The notes under the pieces are model-generated. The model did no database searches, had not been told where the DNA came from, and saw only the letters and a program-made list of their open reading frames with translations. 64,000 nt of DNA from Vicinamibacteria bacterium (lineage in GTDB: Bacteria; Acidobacteriota; Vicinamibacteria; Marinacidobacterales; Marinacidobacteraceae). Below are positions 21,001-29,456 of this stretch, piece after piece (positions within the stretch are counted from its first letter, which is position 1; the number at the start of each line of letters is the position of its first letter). A program made the translations under genes and the position numbers. The stretch is taken from NCBI GenBank assembly GCA_963668695.2, contig CAXXLQ010000004.1, positions 2,016,001-2,080,000 of the forward strand, in the 5' to 3' direction.

Positions 21001-21527
21001 CGTCGCGGGTCCACGTGCCGCACCAGTTCAACATCAACGGCACCTACCGCACCCCCGGAGACAACCCGATCTTCAGCGGCTGGGCGCTTTCAGTGGTGAC
21101 GATCATGCGGAGCGGTTTCCCGGTGGTGGTCTACCAGAACTCGAACCCGCTGAGTTCCTACGGCTTCAACCACCAGCGGCCCACGAGCGCGAACCTGAGC
21201 GGCGGCGGCAACCCGACGGGAAACCACACCAGTTACCTTTCGGCTGGCGACGCGCAGCTCACCCAGGGACTCACGCTGAGCAACTCTCCGAACACCACGG
21301 CCTCGGTGCGCAGCCCGGTCCTCATCAACTGGGACGTCGCGCTCGAGAAGACCACGCGGATCTACGAGGACATGAACCTGACCCTGCGGTTCGAGTTCAT
21401 TGACCTCTTCAACCACGTGAATTGGCGCGGACCCCGCACGATTCTCGGTAACAGCAACTTCGGGAGCATCCCGGGTACCCGCGGCTACCCGAGGACCTTC
21501 CAGTTCATGGGCAAGATCACCTTCTAG
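18015..21527 (+). CDS. Oar-like TonB-dependent receptor with carboxypeptidase-regulatory-like N-domain
   Basis: Signal peptide AFA/Q, GVLPGVTVTL, NNYTVDG, YDAEMGRTGGG, QDDWR, C-terminal PRTFQFMGKITF; GGAGG RBS. Confidence 0.92.
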   Translation: MRSFLFRTVALLGVLGLATGAFAQTFQGGIRGVIRDADGGVLPGVTVTLNNPDTGVSRTAVANAVGEYNFSSVQPGTFTLRAELSGFAPYVSEGLIIGVSSFLVLDATLVIGGIEETVTVTGETPLIETATASVASSVTRAELDVLPTPGRNVFILAVGTPNVVHTGNPVWVKQSDQTNSSLLSLGGGPLRGNNYTVDGVSTTDLRNRTAIIPIFDAVQEMKVQINTYDAEMGRTGGGVFNVIARGGTNNWAGGGTWQKRPGKVDTLWRALSYTDQLSSDANPDRTFADRPFDLWGGSFGGPILSDRTFFWAAAEGFEDLLADNTEVIIPTSAEAAGDFSGSGTTIYNPFDLDANGNRRPFPGNVIPSHMVDPAGRGLAQLLTNLGPGGPISSSGAQATTALQADLNLTHAFSDNWQSSLSYLYYTSKEGAFQQYTDLLGLDSAPAYGIGAADLLRDVHVVAFNNTFVVGDASVLTLRYGQMYFNDSVINPEYGIDQIRGELGIQGGFLDQIGAQDGYISQFPSVSVSNFGDGGSTHGSWGNTDTQWWSREVSGTYSMFLGNHTVKYGGQWRRMGLHNASFSNGFSMSFAQKFTQGPSPTAPDSGSGSGLADLLLGIPNGGSATIAQAADVFIDYYGGFIQDDWRPSQNLVLNLGLRVERESGLMEDDNGFAVGWDRSNPYPMQVGLDTSLEGSLPGFPLRGGLMYAGLDGNPTHQWDPPGIKLGPRVGFAYTINPETVIRGGYAVFWAPYAIPSGGGASNLGTYGYTNVTSLATSVDGKTPPTATASNPFPNGIGNPIGNANGRLQNIGGNVYFNEQFRASPYINKWSLDLQRDIGNDLAVKIGYVGSQGADIPIGGTNNSSININQLADQYLSLGDRLNDEYPNPFYGDSRFGSFSGAETLPLGQLLRPYPHFRNVLARHVSSGKSLYNALRVEFEKRFRGNWGARINYTFTKHEDNIYENNQLLENETNVIYNTPDECAFAKCGPLSDADYGPSRVHVPHQFNINGTYRTPGDNPIFSGWALSVVTIMRSGFPVVVYQNSNPLSSYGFNHQRPTSANLSGGGNPTGNHTSYLSAGDAQLTQGLTLSNSPNTTASVRSPVLINWDVALEKTTRIYEDMNLTLRFEFIDLFNHVNWRGPRTILGNSNFGSIPGTRGYPRTFQFMGKITF

Positions 21528-21549
21528 GCGATCTCAACCCAGAACCTTG

Positions 21550-21580
21550 GGGGCGGGCCTTCGGGCCCGCCCCTTTTTTT
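21550..21580 (+). terminator. Rho-independent terminator
   Basis: ggggcgggcc-ttcg-ggcccgcccc followed by T7. Confidence 0.9.
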
Positions 21581-21593
21581 GTCGGAGCGCCGT

Positions 21594-21830
21594 GGAGCGC
21601 CGGTCTCTGACCGGCATCGTGGCCCGCAGGGCCACGAAACTCCCATCGCCAGTCCCCGTATGGCGCAGCAGGCAACGAGGATGGCGCAGCGCCACCTAGG
21701 CGTCCCCAGGGCGTTTCGCCGTCCCCGGTTAGGCCCGGTGAATCGGCGAGCATGACGATGGGAGTTTCGCGGCCTTCGGCCGCGATGCCGGCCACTTCTC
21801 CCGGTGGGGGCCTCCAGACCGGCGCTCCTA
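21594..21830. repeat. Inverted pair of family C REP-like elements (REPIN-like)
   Basis: ggagcgccggtctctgaccggcatc...aaactccc and inverted gggagttt...gatgccgg[module]ctccagaccggcgctccta. Confidence 0.75.
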
Positions 21831-21868
21831 GCGCAACGCCACCCCCCCCCCCCGAGCAACGCCACCCC

Positions 21869-23911
21869 CTACTCCCCCTGACCCCGGCTCCTCCAGACCC
21901 GTCCCTGCCGGTAGAACGCGAGCCGGTCCCGAATCTCCCGAGCGAATGCGGCTTCCCCGGCGGCGCTGGCTTGCGAGGCCGCAAGCTCCGCCGTCCTTAC
22001 CGCCAACTCGAAATCGCCGTCCGCGGCGTAAACCGCCGCGAGCAGATCGAGCGCGCGCGGCTCCTGGTACCCCCCGAAGCCTGCGAGCCGCTCCGCCAGC
22101 CGCCTCGCTTCCGTGACGTCCCTCACATCGGCATCGGGATCGGGATCGAGCGCGAGCAGCCGCGCCAGGGCGTCGAGGACCGCCGGCGCGTCCGAATCCA
22201 GTTCGTGCGCGGTGCGGAGCGCTTCGTCGGCCTCCCGCAGTTCACGCCGGCGCCACCGGGTGAGCCCCAGCTCGAGCCACGGCCCGGGCGAGGAGCTCTC
22301 CAGCTCTACCGCAGCCAGGCCCTCCCGCAGCGCCTCCTCAAGACGCTCAGCCTCCCGATAGGCCGAGCCCAGCCGGGAAGCCACGACGGAGGAACCCGCA
22401 TTCAGGCTACGGGCTGCTTCGAGGGGTTCGACCGCCCCGGGGCCGTCGCCTCGCTGGAGGCGGAGGTCGCCCAGATCGAAGAACGCCTGCGCCGCTTCCG
22501 GCTCCATTGAGGTGGCCCGCGTCAGCGCCGCCTCAGCCGACTCGGGCCGTCCGGTTTCGCGGAGGAGCGCCGCGGCCTTGAGCAGGCGCTGGTAGTCGGG
22601 TCCGGACTCGAGACCCCGTTCCAGGGTTTCAACGGCGGTGGCCTGAAGTCCCTGGGCGAACAGGAGTTCTCCGAGACCCACGAGCAGCCGGGCCTCCTCC
22701 TGCTGGTCGTTCTCACCAGACAACTCGTTCCGGTAGAGGAGTTCCAGATACTGGAGTTCCGCACGCTCCCCGGGCGAACCGGGGGCCGGAGGCGCGCCCT
22801 GAACGCGGATCCGGTGATCGGTGAAGGCGGCGCCCGGAAAGACCTCCTCCCGAAGCGGCAGGTGGCAGGCGAGGCAATCCGAGGCCGCGGTGACGCGCTC
22901 GTAGTCGTGGAGCGCCGCCGGGTCCTCGTGGCAGCGGCGGCAGATGGTTCGACTCCGTTCGGCGACGGAACTCTCGGCCCGATGCGGGTCGTGACAGTCG
23001 GTACAGGAAATCGTGCGCTCCGGAGAGGGCGTCCGGAAGCAGGCGCTCATCATCAGGCTGCCGGCGGCGTGGCGGGCGAGGCCGGAGTCCCGCTGGAGGA
23101 CCTGCAGCGGTTCGAAGTCGGTGGGCGTCCGGTGGCACTGGCCGCAGAAACGCACCTCTTCGGCCGGAGCAAGCCGCCCGGGATTGAAGATCAGGCGCGC
23201 GTCCGTGGTTCCCGCGTGCGCTTCGCCCGGCCCGTGGCACCGCTCGCAGCGCACCCCCCACTCCGATTCCGCGAGGTCGGGCGCGGGTCCGTTCCAGGCG
23301 GCCGCGGTCGCGTGGCAGCCGACGCATTCCCGCATTGCCCGCGGAGAGTCGAGATCCCCCAGGGGATGACGGTCGCCCTCCGACCCGGGAGTTTCGATCC
23401 ACGCGTTCCGTCCGTGCGACCAGGTGACCCGGAGTTCCCGCATCCCGCCTTCAGCGGTGAAGTGAACCGGGGTGACGCCCCGCAGGCCCGAGCCGAAGAC
23501 GGCATGGACCGCGGCGCTCTCGCCCGACGGGTCCACGAGGGCCACGCCTGCCTCGGTCCGCAGGTAGCGGGGCCGCTCGTCGGCATCCGGCCCCGGGCTT
23601 CTCCACTGGACGGAGGTGTTCAGCCGTTCTTCCGAAAACCACGGGTCGGCCGCCTCCGGAAGGAGCGCCACACCGGTGCGCGCCATCGGGTGCGCCTCCT
23701 GCTCGGCGGCAATGTCGGCGTGGCAGGCCGAGCAGACCTGAGGTCCTGTGAGGGAGCCGGGGCGTGCTCTTCCTTCCCACTCTCCGAGCAGTTCCTTCCG
23801 GTCGGGCGGTTGCCGGGAGCGCGCTTCCGAAGGGAGGAGGAACCCGGCCAGGAAGGAGGCTGGCACAAGGACGAGTCCGACTCGCAGGAGCGTCGGCAAG
23901 GAGCGGTGCAT
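21869..23911 (-). CDS. Multiheme cytochrome c (7 CxxCH) fused to C-terminal TPR repeats
   Basis: CSACH, CVGCH, CERCH, CGQCH, CTDCH, CRRCH, CLACH; FTDHRI; TPR-like helices; signal peptide. Confidence 0.85.
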   Translation of the reverse strand: MHRSLPTLLRVGLVLVPASFLAGFLLPSEARSRQPPDRKELLGEWEGRARPGSLTGPQVCSACHADIAAEQEAHPMARTGVALLPEAADPWFSEERLNTSVQWRSPGPDADERPRYLRTEAGVALVDPSGESAAVHAVFGSGLRGVTPVHFTAEGGMRELRVTWSHGRNAWIETPGSEGDRHPLGDLDSPRAMRECVGCHATAAAWNGPAPDLAESEWGVRCERCHGPGEAHAGTTDARLIFNPGRLAPAEEVRFCGQCHRTPTDFEPLQVLQRDSGLARHAAGSLMMSACFRTPSPERTISCTDCHDPHRAESSVAERSRTICRRCHEDPAALHDYERVTAASDCLACHLPLREEVFPGAAFTDHRIRVQGAPPAPGSPGERAELQYLELLYRNELSGENDQQEEARLLVGLGELLFAQGLQATAVETLERGLESGPDYQRLLKAAALLRETGRPESAEAALTRATSMEPEAAQAFFDLGDLRLQRGDGPGAVEPLEAARSLNAGSSVVASRLGSAYREAERLEEALREGLAAVELESSSPGPWLELGLTRWRRRELREADEALRTAHELDSDAPAVLDALARLLALDPDPDADVRDVTEARRLAERLAGFGGYQEPRALDLLAAVYAADGDFELAVRTAELAASQASAAGEAAFAREIRDRLAFYRQGRVWRSRGQGE

Positions 23912-24058
23912 CAGGGGAGGACCGGCAGGCTGTCGCCATGCTAGCGGGTGTTCCCACACCCCATGCCGCCGGCACGGACAGGAATTGGGTTTACCGACAG
24001 CGCCCGGAAGGAACCCGATGAAACCTTCGGGATCGAATCTGCGCCCTCGGGGCGCGGC

Positions 24059-24478
24059 TCAACCGATTGCGGGCGCTTCGACGCCCGCCGACTCTGCAGC
24101 GGCGCGAAGTTGCCTATCCCGGGTGGCGAGCGGAATCCGCAGCCGTCCGGCGAGTTCGAGGTACATCGCATCGTAGGCGGAGATCCCATGCACGCTCGCC
24201 AAGTCGAGGGTTGCACCCCAGGTGCGCGACGCGGAGATCGGATCCACTTCAATGGGCAGCGCGTCGAGGTGGGCGCGAATCGCGGGCCACTCATTCCGGG
24301 TGATCCGACCGCGGCGGGTTGCGGTGAGCAACGCGTTGGAGGTCTCGATCGGCCAGAGCGCCGGTACGAACGCCCGAGTCTCCAGGAGGGAGTCCCTCAG
24401 CCGGTCTGTTGCATCCGTTGCCTCGTCGGAGAAGACCCATGCCATCGTGACCGAAGTGTCGAGCACGAACGCCATCAA
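24059..24478 (-). CDS. VapC/PIN toxin
   Basis: FVLDTSV, ISAYDAMYLELA, LATRDRQL. Confidence 0.9.
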   Translation of the reverse strand: MMAFVLDTSVTMAWVFSDEATDATDRLRDSLLETRAFVPALWPIETSNALLTATRRGRITRNEWPAIRAHLDALPIEVDPISASRTWGATLDLASVHGISAYDAMYLELAGRLRIPLATRDRQLRAAAESAGVEAPAIG

Positions 24479-24717
24479 AAACGCCGTCCTTCCTCGATCA
24501 GTTGGCGAACTGACAACCCGCCGAGGCTGTGATCCCGTTGGAATTCCTTCAGGCCCTCGATGGCCGCTCGGATTCTTTCCGTATCTCGCTTCTGGAAGGG
24601 AATCAGCTCGGCCACGGGATGGCTGTGCCGGGTGATGACAAATCGTTCCCCCTGCTGCACACGCCTGAGGAGCGCAGGCAGATGTGTCTTCGCTTCGAAC
24701 GCGCCAACTTCGGACAT
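24475..24717 (-). CDS. Phd/YefM antitoxin
   Basis: VGAFEAKTHLPALL...FVITRHSHPVAEL; 4-bp overlap with toxin. Confidence 0.9.
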   Translation of the reverse strand: MSEVGAFEAKTHLPALLRRVQQGERFVITRHSHPVAELIPFQKRDTERIRAAIEGLKEFQRDHSLGGLSVRQLIEEGRRF

Positions 24718-24866
24718 CGGTAACCTCCCTTTTGCAGGAACAAGACGGTACTCAGACTAGTCTATCTTGGCGGCATCCGGTGAAATGGCGACAGGGATGC
24801 CAGGGCGCCAGTTGCCGGCGCAGGGGGTCCAAGCCGCTGCTTCCCGCGCGGAAGTACGATCGGGGC

Positions 24867-26180
24867 GTGATCGCACCCCTCCCGCGCCCCGGCCTCGGGT
24901 TCGCGCTCGGCATGGGCTTCTTGGCGCTCACGGCTGCCGGGCAGAGCCCCGGTCCCCCGATCGTGGAGAGCCGGGACATGGAGCCCCAGGTCGGGGAGCT
25001 GCTCGGCCGTCTGGCGGACGAAGTCCGGGCGGGGCCAGCAGACGCCGGAGTCTGGCTCGTCTATGGGGAGACGCTCCATGCTCACGGCCTGATCGCTGAA
25101 GCGGCGGGGTGTTACCGGCGGGCTCTGGAGTTGCTTCCAGGTGGCGATGTCACGCGTCTTACCGCGCACTATTTGCTCGCCCACGCGCTGCGCGGCAGCG
25201 ATCCGGGCGAAGCGGCGGCAACGCTGGCGGCGGGGGTGAACGAGCATCCGGGGTATCCGCCGGCCCTGATTTTTCTGGGAGAGCTTCGGGAGGAACTCGG
25301 AGACCGGGATGGAGCCGCGGCTGCCTATCGGGAGGCCTTGGAGGTGGAGCCGGGGTCAGCGCTGGGCCTCTTCCGTCTGGGCTCGGTCCTGCTCGCGGGT
25401 GGCGACGCCCCGCAGGCCCTTCCCTTGCTTGAGCGTGCCCTGGTGCTGGCGCCGGACGCGGGGGCGGCGCGGTCGGCTCTGGTGCGCGCCTGGAGCGCCG
25501 TCGGAGATCGGGACCGGGCGCGCGAGGTGGCGGACGCCGGAGCGGAGCGCCCCACGGGCGGCCTCCCCGCCCTCGAGGATCCGATCCACTTCCGGATGAA
25601 CGACCGCGATATCTCCTCTCCGCGGCTCCTCGAGAGGGCACGCGCCGCCCGGGGGGAGGGCCGTCTCGGCGACGCGGAGAGCCTCTATCGGGACCTGGCC
25701 CGGATCCGTCCGCGGGACGCCGATGTGCTCGCCGAGTTCGGCGCTGTCCTCGGCGGACGGGACAAGAGCGCGGAAGCGGAACCCTTCTATCGGGACGCAG
25801 TCGCGCTCGACCCGGAACAGGCGCTGGCCCGGTTCGGCCTGGGCGTGCTCCGCGCTCGCGAGGGGAATCTCCCGGCGGCGGAGTACGAGTTCCGCGCGTC
25901 GCTCGAATCGCGGCCCGAGGAACCGCAGACCCACGCCGCGCTCGGGGATGTCCTCCTTCGCCAACGGCGCTTCGAGCCGGCGCTCACCGCTCTCCAGCGC
26001 GCCGGCCAGCTCGACCCGACGGACGCAGCGAGCCGGATCCTGGCCGCGGTGGCGCTCGCCGAACTCGGCCGCTTCCCCGAAGCGTGGGCGGCGGTTCACG
26101 AGGCGCGGGATCTGGGGGCCGAGCCCCCGGAGAGATTCCTCGCTGCGCTCCGCGAAAAGCACCCGGAACCGGGCCGCTGA
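24867..26180 (+). CDS. Exported TPR-repeat protein
   Basis: Multiple TPR-like repeats; hydrophobic N-terminus; start approximate (GTG). Confidence 0.78.
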   Translation: MIAPLPRPGLGFALGMGFLALTAAGQSPGPPIVESRDMEPQVGELLGRLADEVRAGPADAGVWLVYGETLHAHGLIAEAAGCYRRALELLPGGDVTRLTAHYLLAHALRGSDPGEAAATLAAGVNEHPGYPPALIFLGELREELGDRDGAAAAYREALEVEPGSALGLFRLGSVLLAGGDAPQALPLLERALVLAPDAGAARSALVRAWSAVGDRDRAREVADAGAERPTGGLPALEDPIHFRMNDRDISSPRLLERARAARGEGRLGDAESLYRDLARIRPRDADVLAEFGAVLGGRDKSAEAEPFYRDAVALDPEQALARFGLGVLRAREGNLPAAEYEFRASLESRPEEPQTHAALGDVLLRQRRFEPALTALQRAGQLDPTDAASRILAAVALAELGRFPEAWAAVHEARDLGAEPPERFLAALREKHPEPGR

Positions 26181-26190
26181 CGGGGACCCC

Positions 26191-27858
26191 TTGCATCGTT
26201 GGAATGGGGTTCGCCGCGCAGCGATCATGACGGGTCTCGCTTTCGGCGGGGTGCCCCTCTCGGTGGCTCAGGTGGCGCCCCGCCTCGCAGAGGTCACGAG
26301 GGAGTCGGGCATCGACTTCGTCCACGATCCGGGAGACCTCTCCCGGTTCCCGCTCCCCGCGATCATGGGTTCGGGCGCGGCGCTCTTCGATGCCGACGGG
26401 GATGGGCACCTCGATCTCTACCTGATCCAGGCCGGTCCGCTGCCCGACGATCGGGCTGGAACTTCTCCGGCGGAACTCCCCGGGAACCGGCTCTTCCTCC
26501 GACAACCGGACGGGACATTTCGGGACACCGAAGGGGCGCTCGGACTCGCCGACCGCGCCTACGGCACCGGGGTGGCCGTCGGGGACGTTGACGCGGACGG
26601 GGACCCCGACGTGTTCGTTGCGAACTACGGGCCGGACGCCCTCTACATCGGCGAGGATGGCGCGTTCGAGCGGGCGGATTCCGCGGTGTTCGGCGCGCGC
26701 TGGTCGAGTTCGGCGGTCTTTTGCGACTACGACGGCGACTCGGACCTCGACCTCTACGTCGGCGGCTACCTCGAGAACGATCCGGACCGGGACTGCGTCT
26801 CGGCTTCCGGCGAACCCGACTTCTGCTCTCCCCAGAGCCTCCCTTACGAGCGTGACGGCCTCTACCGCAACCTGGGTGGCGGAACGTTCGAAGATGTCTC
26901 GGGCGAGGCCGGCATCCTGGGCGAACGCCGTCCGGCGCTAGGGGTCCTCTGTCACGATTTCACCGGCGACGGACGCCTCGATTTCTACGTGGCGAACGAC
27001 GGCGAACCCAACCTGCTCTGGGAGCAGAACGAAGACGGGACCTTCGCCGACGCCGCCCTGTTTCTGGGAGTGGCGTTGAACGCGCAGGGACGCTCCGAGG
27101 CCAGCATGGGGGTGCTGCTCGGCGACGTGGATGGCGACGGCGACCTCGACCTCTTCATGACCCACCTGCGCGCCCAGACGAACACGCTCTACCGGAACCA
27201 GGGCGGCGGGTTCGTCGATGACACTCCGGCGATGGGGCTGGGGCTGCCGAGCCTGCCCTGGACCGGGTTCGGAACCCGGTTCCTGGACCTCGAGCTCGAC
27301 GGCGACCTCGACCTCCTGCTGGTGAACGGCGCCGTCGCCCGCGAGGCGGGCTCCTCGTTGGCCGACGGGCTCGGTGCCTACGCCGAGCCGGCCCAGGCTT
27401 TCCTCGGCGACGGGAGCGGCCGGTTCGCGGAAATGGCCTTGGCAGGCTTCACGGACATCCCGGCGGTCGGCCGAGGTCTCGCGACCGGGGATTGGGACCG
27501 GGACGGCGATCTGGACCTGGTGGTGACCAGCGTGGGCGGCCCGGCGCGGCTCTTCGAGAACCGGTCAGCGCGGAGCGGTGCGTTCCTCGTCGTGGAGCCG
27601 CGTGAGTTCGGGCGGCCGAGTCAGGGGGCGGTCGTCACCCTGGAGCTTGGGGAGCGCGCCCTGGTGCGCGCGGTGAATCCCGAAGCCGGCTATCTGACGA
27701 GCAGCGAGCCGGTGGCCCACTTCGGGATTCCGGCGGGGGCGGAGGTTACGGGTTTGCGGATCCGGTGGCCGGATGGAGTCGAAGAACGGTTCGATCCCCC
27801 GCTACTGGACACCCGGGTGGCGGTCGTTCGGTCGGTGGCGCTGCGGGAGCGCCGCTGA
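26191..27858 (+). CDS. CRTAC1-family FG-GAP/VCBS repeat protein with ASPIC/UnbV domain
   Basis: Repeated DxDGDGDxD motifs, MGSGAALFD, ASMG, GRGLATGD, HFG..IRWPDG; start approximate. Confidence 0.88.
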   Translation: MHRWNGVRRAAIMTGLAFGGVPLSVAQVAPRLAEVTRESGIDFVHDPGDLSRFPLPAIMGSGAALFDADGDGHLDLYLIQAGPLPDDRAGTSPAELPGNRLFLRQPDGTFRDTEGALGLADRAYGTGVAVGDVDADGDPDVFVANYGPDALYIGEDGAFERADSAVFGARWSSSAVFCDYDGDSDLDLYVGGYLENDPDRDCVSASGEPDFCSPQSLPYERDGLYRNLGGGTFEDVSGEAGILGERRPALGVLCHDFTGDGRLDFYVANDGEPNLLWEQNEDGTFADAALFLGVALNAQGRSEASMGVLLGDVDGDGDLDLFMTHLRAQTNTLYRNQGGGFVDDTPAMGLGLPSLPWTGFGTRFLDLELDGDLDLLLVNGAVAREAGSSLADGLGAYAEPAQAFLGDGSGRFAEMALAGFTDIPAVGRGLATGDWDRDGDLDLVVTSVGGPARLFENRSARSGAFLVVEPREFGRPSQGAVVTLELGERALVRAVNPEAGYLTSSEPVAHFGIPAGAEVTGLRIRWPDGVEERFDPPLLDTRVAVVRSVALRERR

Positions 27859-27897
27859 CCGGGCAAGCCGGCCGGCGCTCCCTTGAATGGTGCGGCC

Positions 27898-28413
27898 CTA
27901 CGACGAGTTCGTGCAGCCGGACAGATCGCATGAGACGCTGATCGGATCGCAGCCGGCGGTTCCCGCGCGGACTTCCAGTTCCGAGATCCATTCGAGCGTC
28001 ATCGTCTGCCGGAAGCCGTCGCCCTCCGGCGCGAAGGCGAGATCCGAGACGAACACTCCGATCGTGGGACGAAGGCTGGGGACGTCCAGGTTGGCGCCGC
28101 CTTCGGGGACCTCGATGGTGTACGGCGACGCGAAGTGGAGGCCGACATCCGGGTCGGCTGCCACGAGCGTCAGTTCGCCGCGCGCGATTTCGGTGGCATC
28201 GCCCTGGCCCAGAAAGGCGACTTGAAGCGACACTTCGCTGCAGGGGTCGGGAGGTGGTGGAGGAGGTGGTGCAGGAGGAGGCGATGACGGGGGCGTCTGA
28301 ACCGCGGGCGCCGGAGATGGGGCGGCCGGGGTCAAGCTATCCGTGCATCCCAGCAACGACAGCATTCCGACGGCGATCAGGGCAGTCCCAATTCTGCGTG
28401 CGAGCCGAATCAT
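27898..28413 (-). CDS. Hypothetical lipoprotein with Pro-rich linker
   Basis: LLGC lipobox, poly-Pro tract, translationally coupled to upstream protease. Confidence 0.65.
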   Translation of the reverse strand: MIRLARRIGTALIAVGMLSLLGCTDSLTPAAPSPAPAVQTPPSSPPPAPPPPPPPDPCSEVSLQVAFLGQGDATEIARGELTLVAADPDVGLHFASPYTIEVPEGGANLDVPSLRPTIGVFVSDLAFAPEGDGFRQTMTLEWISELEVRAGTAGCDPISVSCDLSGCTNSS

Positions 28414-29456
28414 CCCGGGGTCACCTCGCGTCCGGGATGGACGACGATCTCAACTTCCTCGAGCACCTCGTCGGCTTCGACACGTACCCACCGCCACTGG
28501 TCGAGGAACTCCGATGCACCGGCCGCGTCGGCGTCGGGAGTCATAGGGTGGGCGTTCCGGCGGGTCACCAGGATGGGATGCACCCACAGCATCCAGTGTC
28601 CCGGGGAGAGGCCCTCGAGATGGAAATCGCCATTTTTGTCTGCGAACGTCCCGGGGCCGGGGCGGGTGGGGATGCCGGATTCGCCCGGCCGCACCGCCTG
28701 CACATAGGCGAATGCCGCGGGCCGTTCCTCGAGGACCACGCTCCCGCGCACCGAACCGCGCGATTTGAGGAAGCCGGGCGCCGGATAGAGCAGCGAGACG
28801 GGGACCGTGTCGTCTTCGGGCAGTTCCAACCCGTAGGAATTCGAATACGACATCACCGGATCGGGCAGAAAGGCCGGGTCCGCTTTCACCGGGCGATCCG
28901 TCCAGAGCGGCATCGGGTGCGGCTCGGTGTGTCCGAGCCCCAGGCAGTGGCCCATCTCGTGGACGGCCACGACCTCGAGGAGCCGGTCGGGATCCTGCGG
29001 CGACCAGTTCTTGACGAAGTCGGGATTCACCTCGATGTCACAACCGACCAGTTTGTTGCCGTCGAACCGCCAGGCCGCCCGCGCGGTGATCCAGGAATCC
29101 ACGAAATCCTCGTCGGAAGAAAAGCCGATGGTATTGACGCCGTCATCCATGTCGGCCTGCGACAGAGCCACGGTTTCCTCCTCCAGCACGATCTCGATGC
29201 GGGCCGTCGGAATGCCGGTCCAGTGGACCAGGCTCCGCTCCACGAGCTCGGTCCAGCCCGTTTGCGTGAGGTCCACGTCGGCCGGCAGGTTGTCGTTCTC
29301 CAGCATCCGGAAGCGGAGCGGGAAATCGGACTCGGCCCAGTGGAGCGCCTCGGCGGAAGAAAGCGTCCACGCCGAGCCGCGCAGCCGGTAGCCGTCCGCG
29401 GTCCCGACCGCCCCCAGGATCGCGAGACCCGCCGCTACGAGACCCCAGCGCCTCAC
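28410..29456 (-). CDS. Matrixin/metzincin-like secreted metalloprotease
   Basis: HEMGHCLGLGH zinc motif and VMSY Met-turn; C-terminal beta-sandwich-like region. Confidence 0.85.
   Translation of the reverse strand: MRRWGLVAAGLAILGAVGTADGYRLRGSAWTLSSAEALHWAESDFPLRFRMLENDNLPADVDLTQTGWTELVERSLVHWTGIPTARIEIVLEEETVALSQADMDDGVNTIGFSSDEDFVDSWITARAAWRFDGNKLVGCDIEVNPDFVKNWSPQDPDRLLEVVAVHEMGHCLGLGHTEPHPMPLWTDRPVKADPAFLPDPVMSYSNSYGLELPEDDTVPVSLLYPAPGFLKSRGSVRGSVVLEERPAAFAYVQAVRPGESGIPTRPGPGTFADKNGDFHLEGLSPGHWMLWVHPILVTRRNAHPMTPDADAAGASEFLDQWRWVRVEADEVLEEVEIVVHPGREVTPG

Noticed and set aside
17991-21023. Long antisense ORFs (e.g. 1010 aa; also 36933-39296, 48347-50443, 52326-54176)
   Set aside because: Shadow ORFs opposite genuine high-GC genes, with no recognisable motifs.
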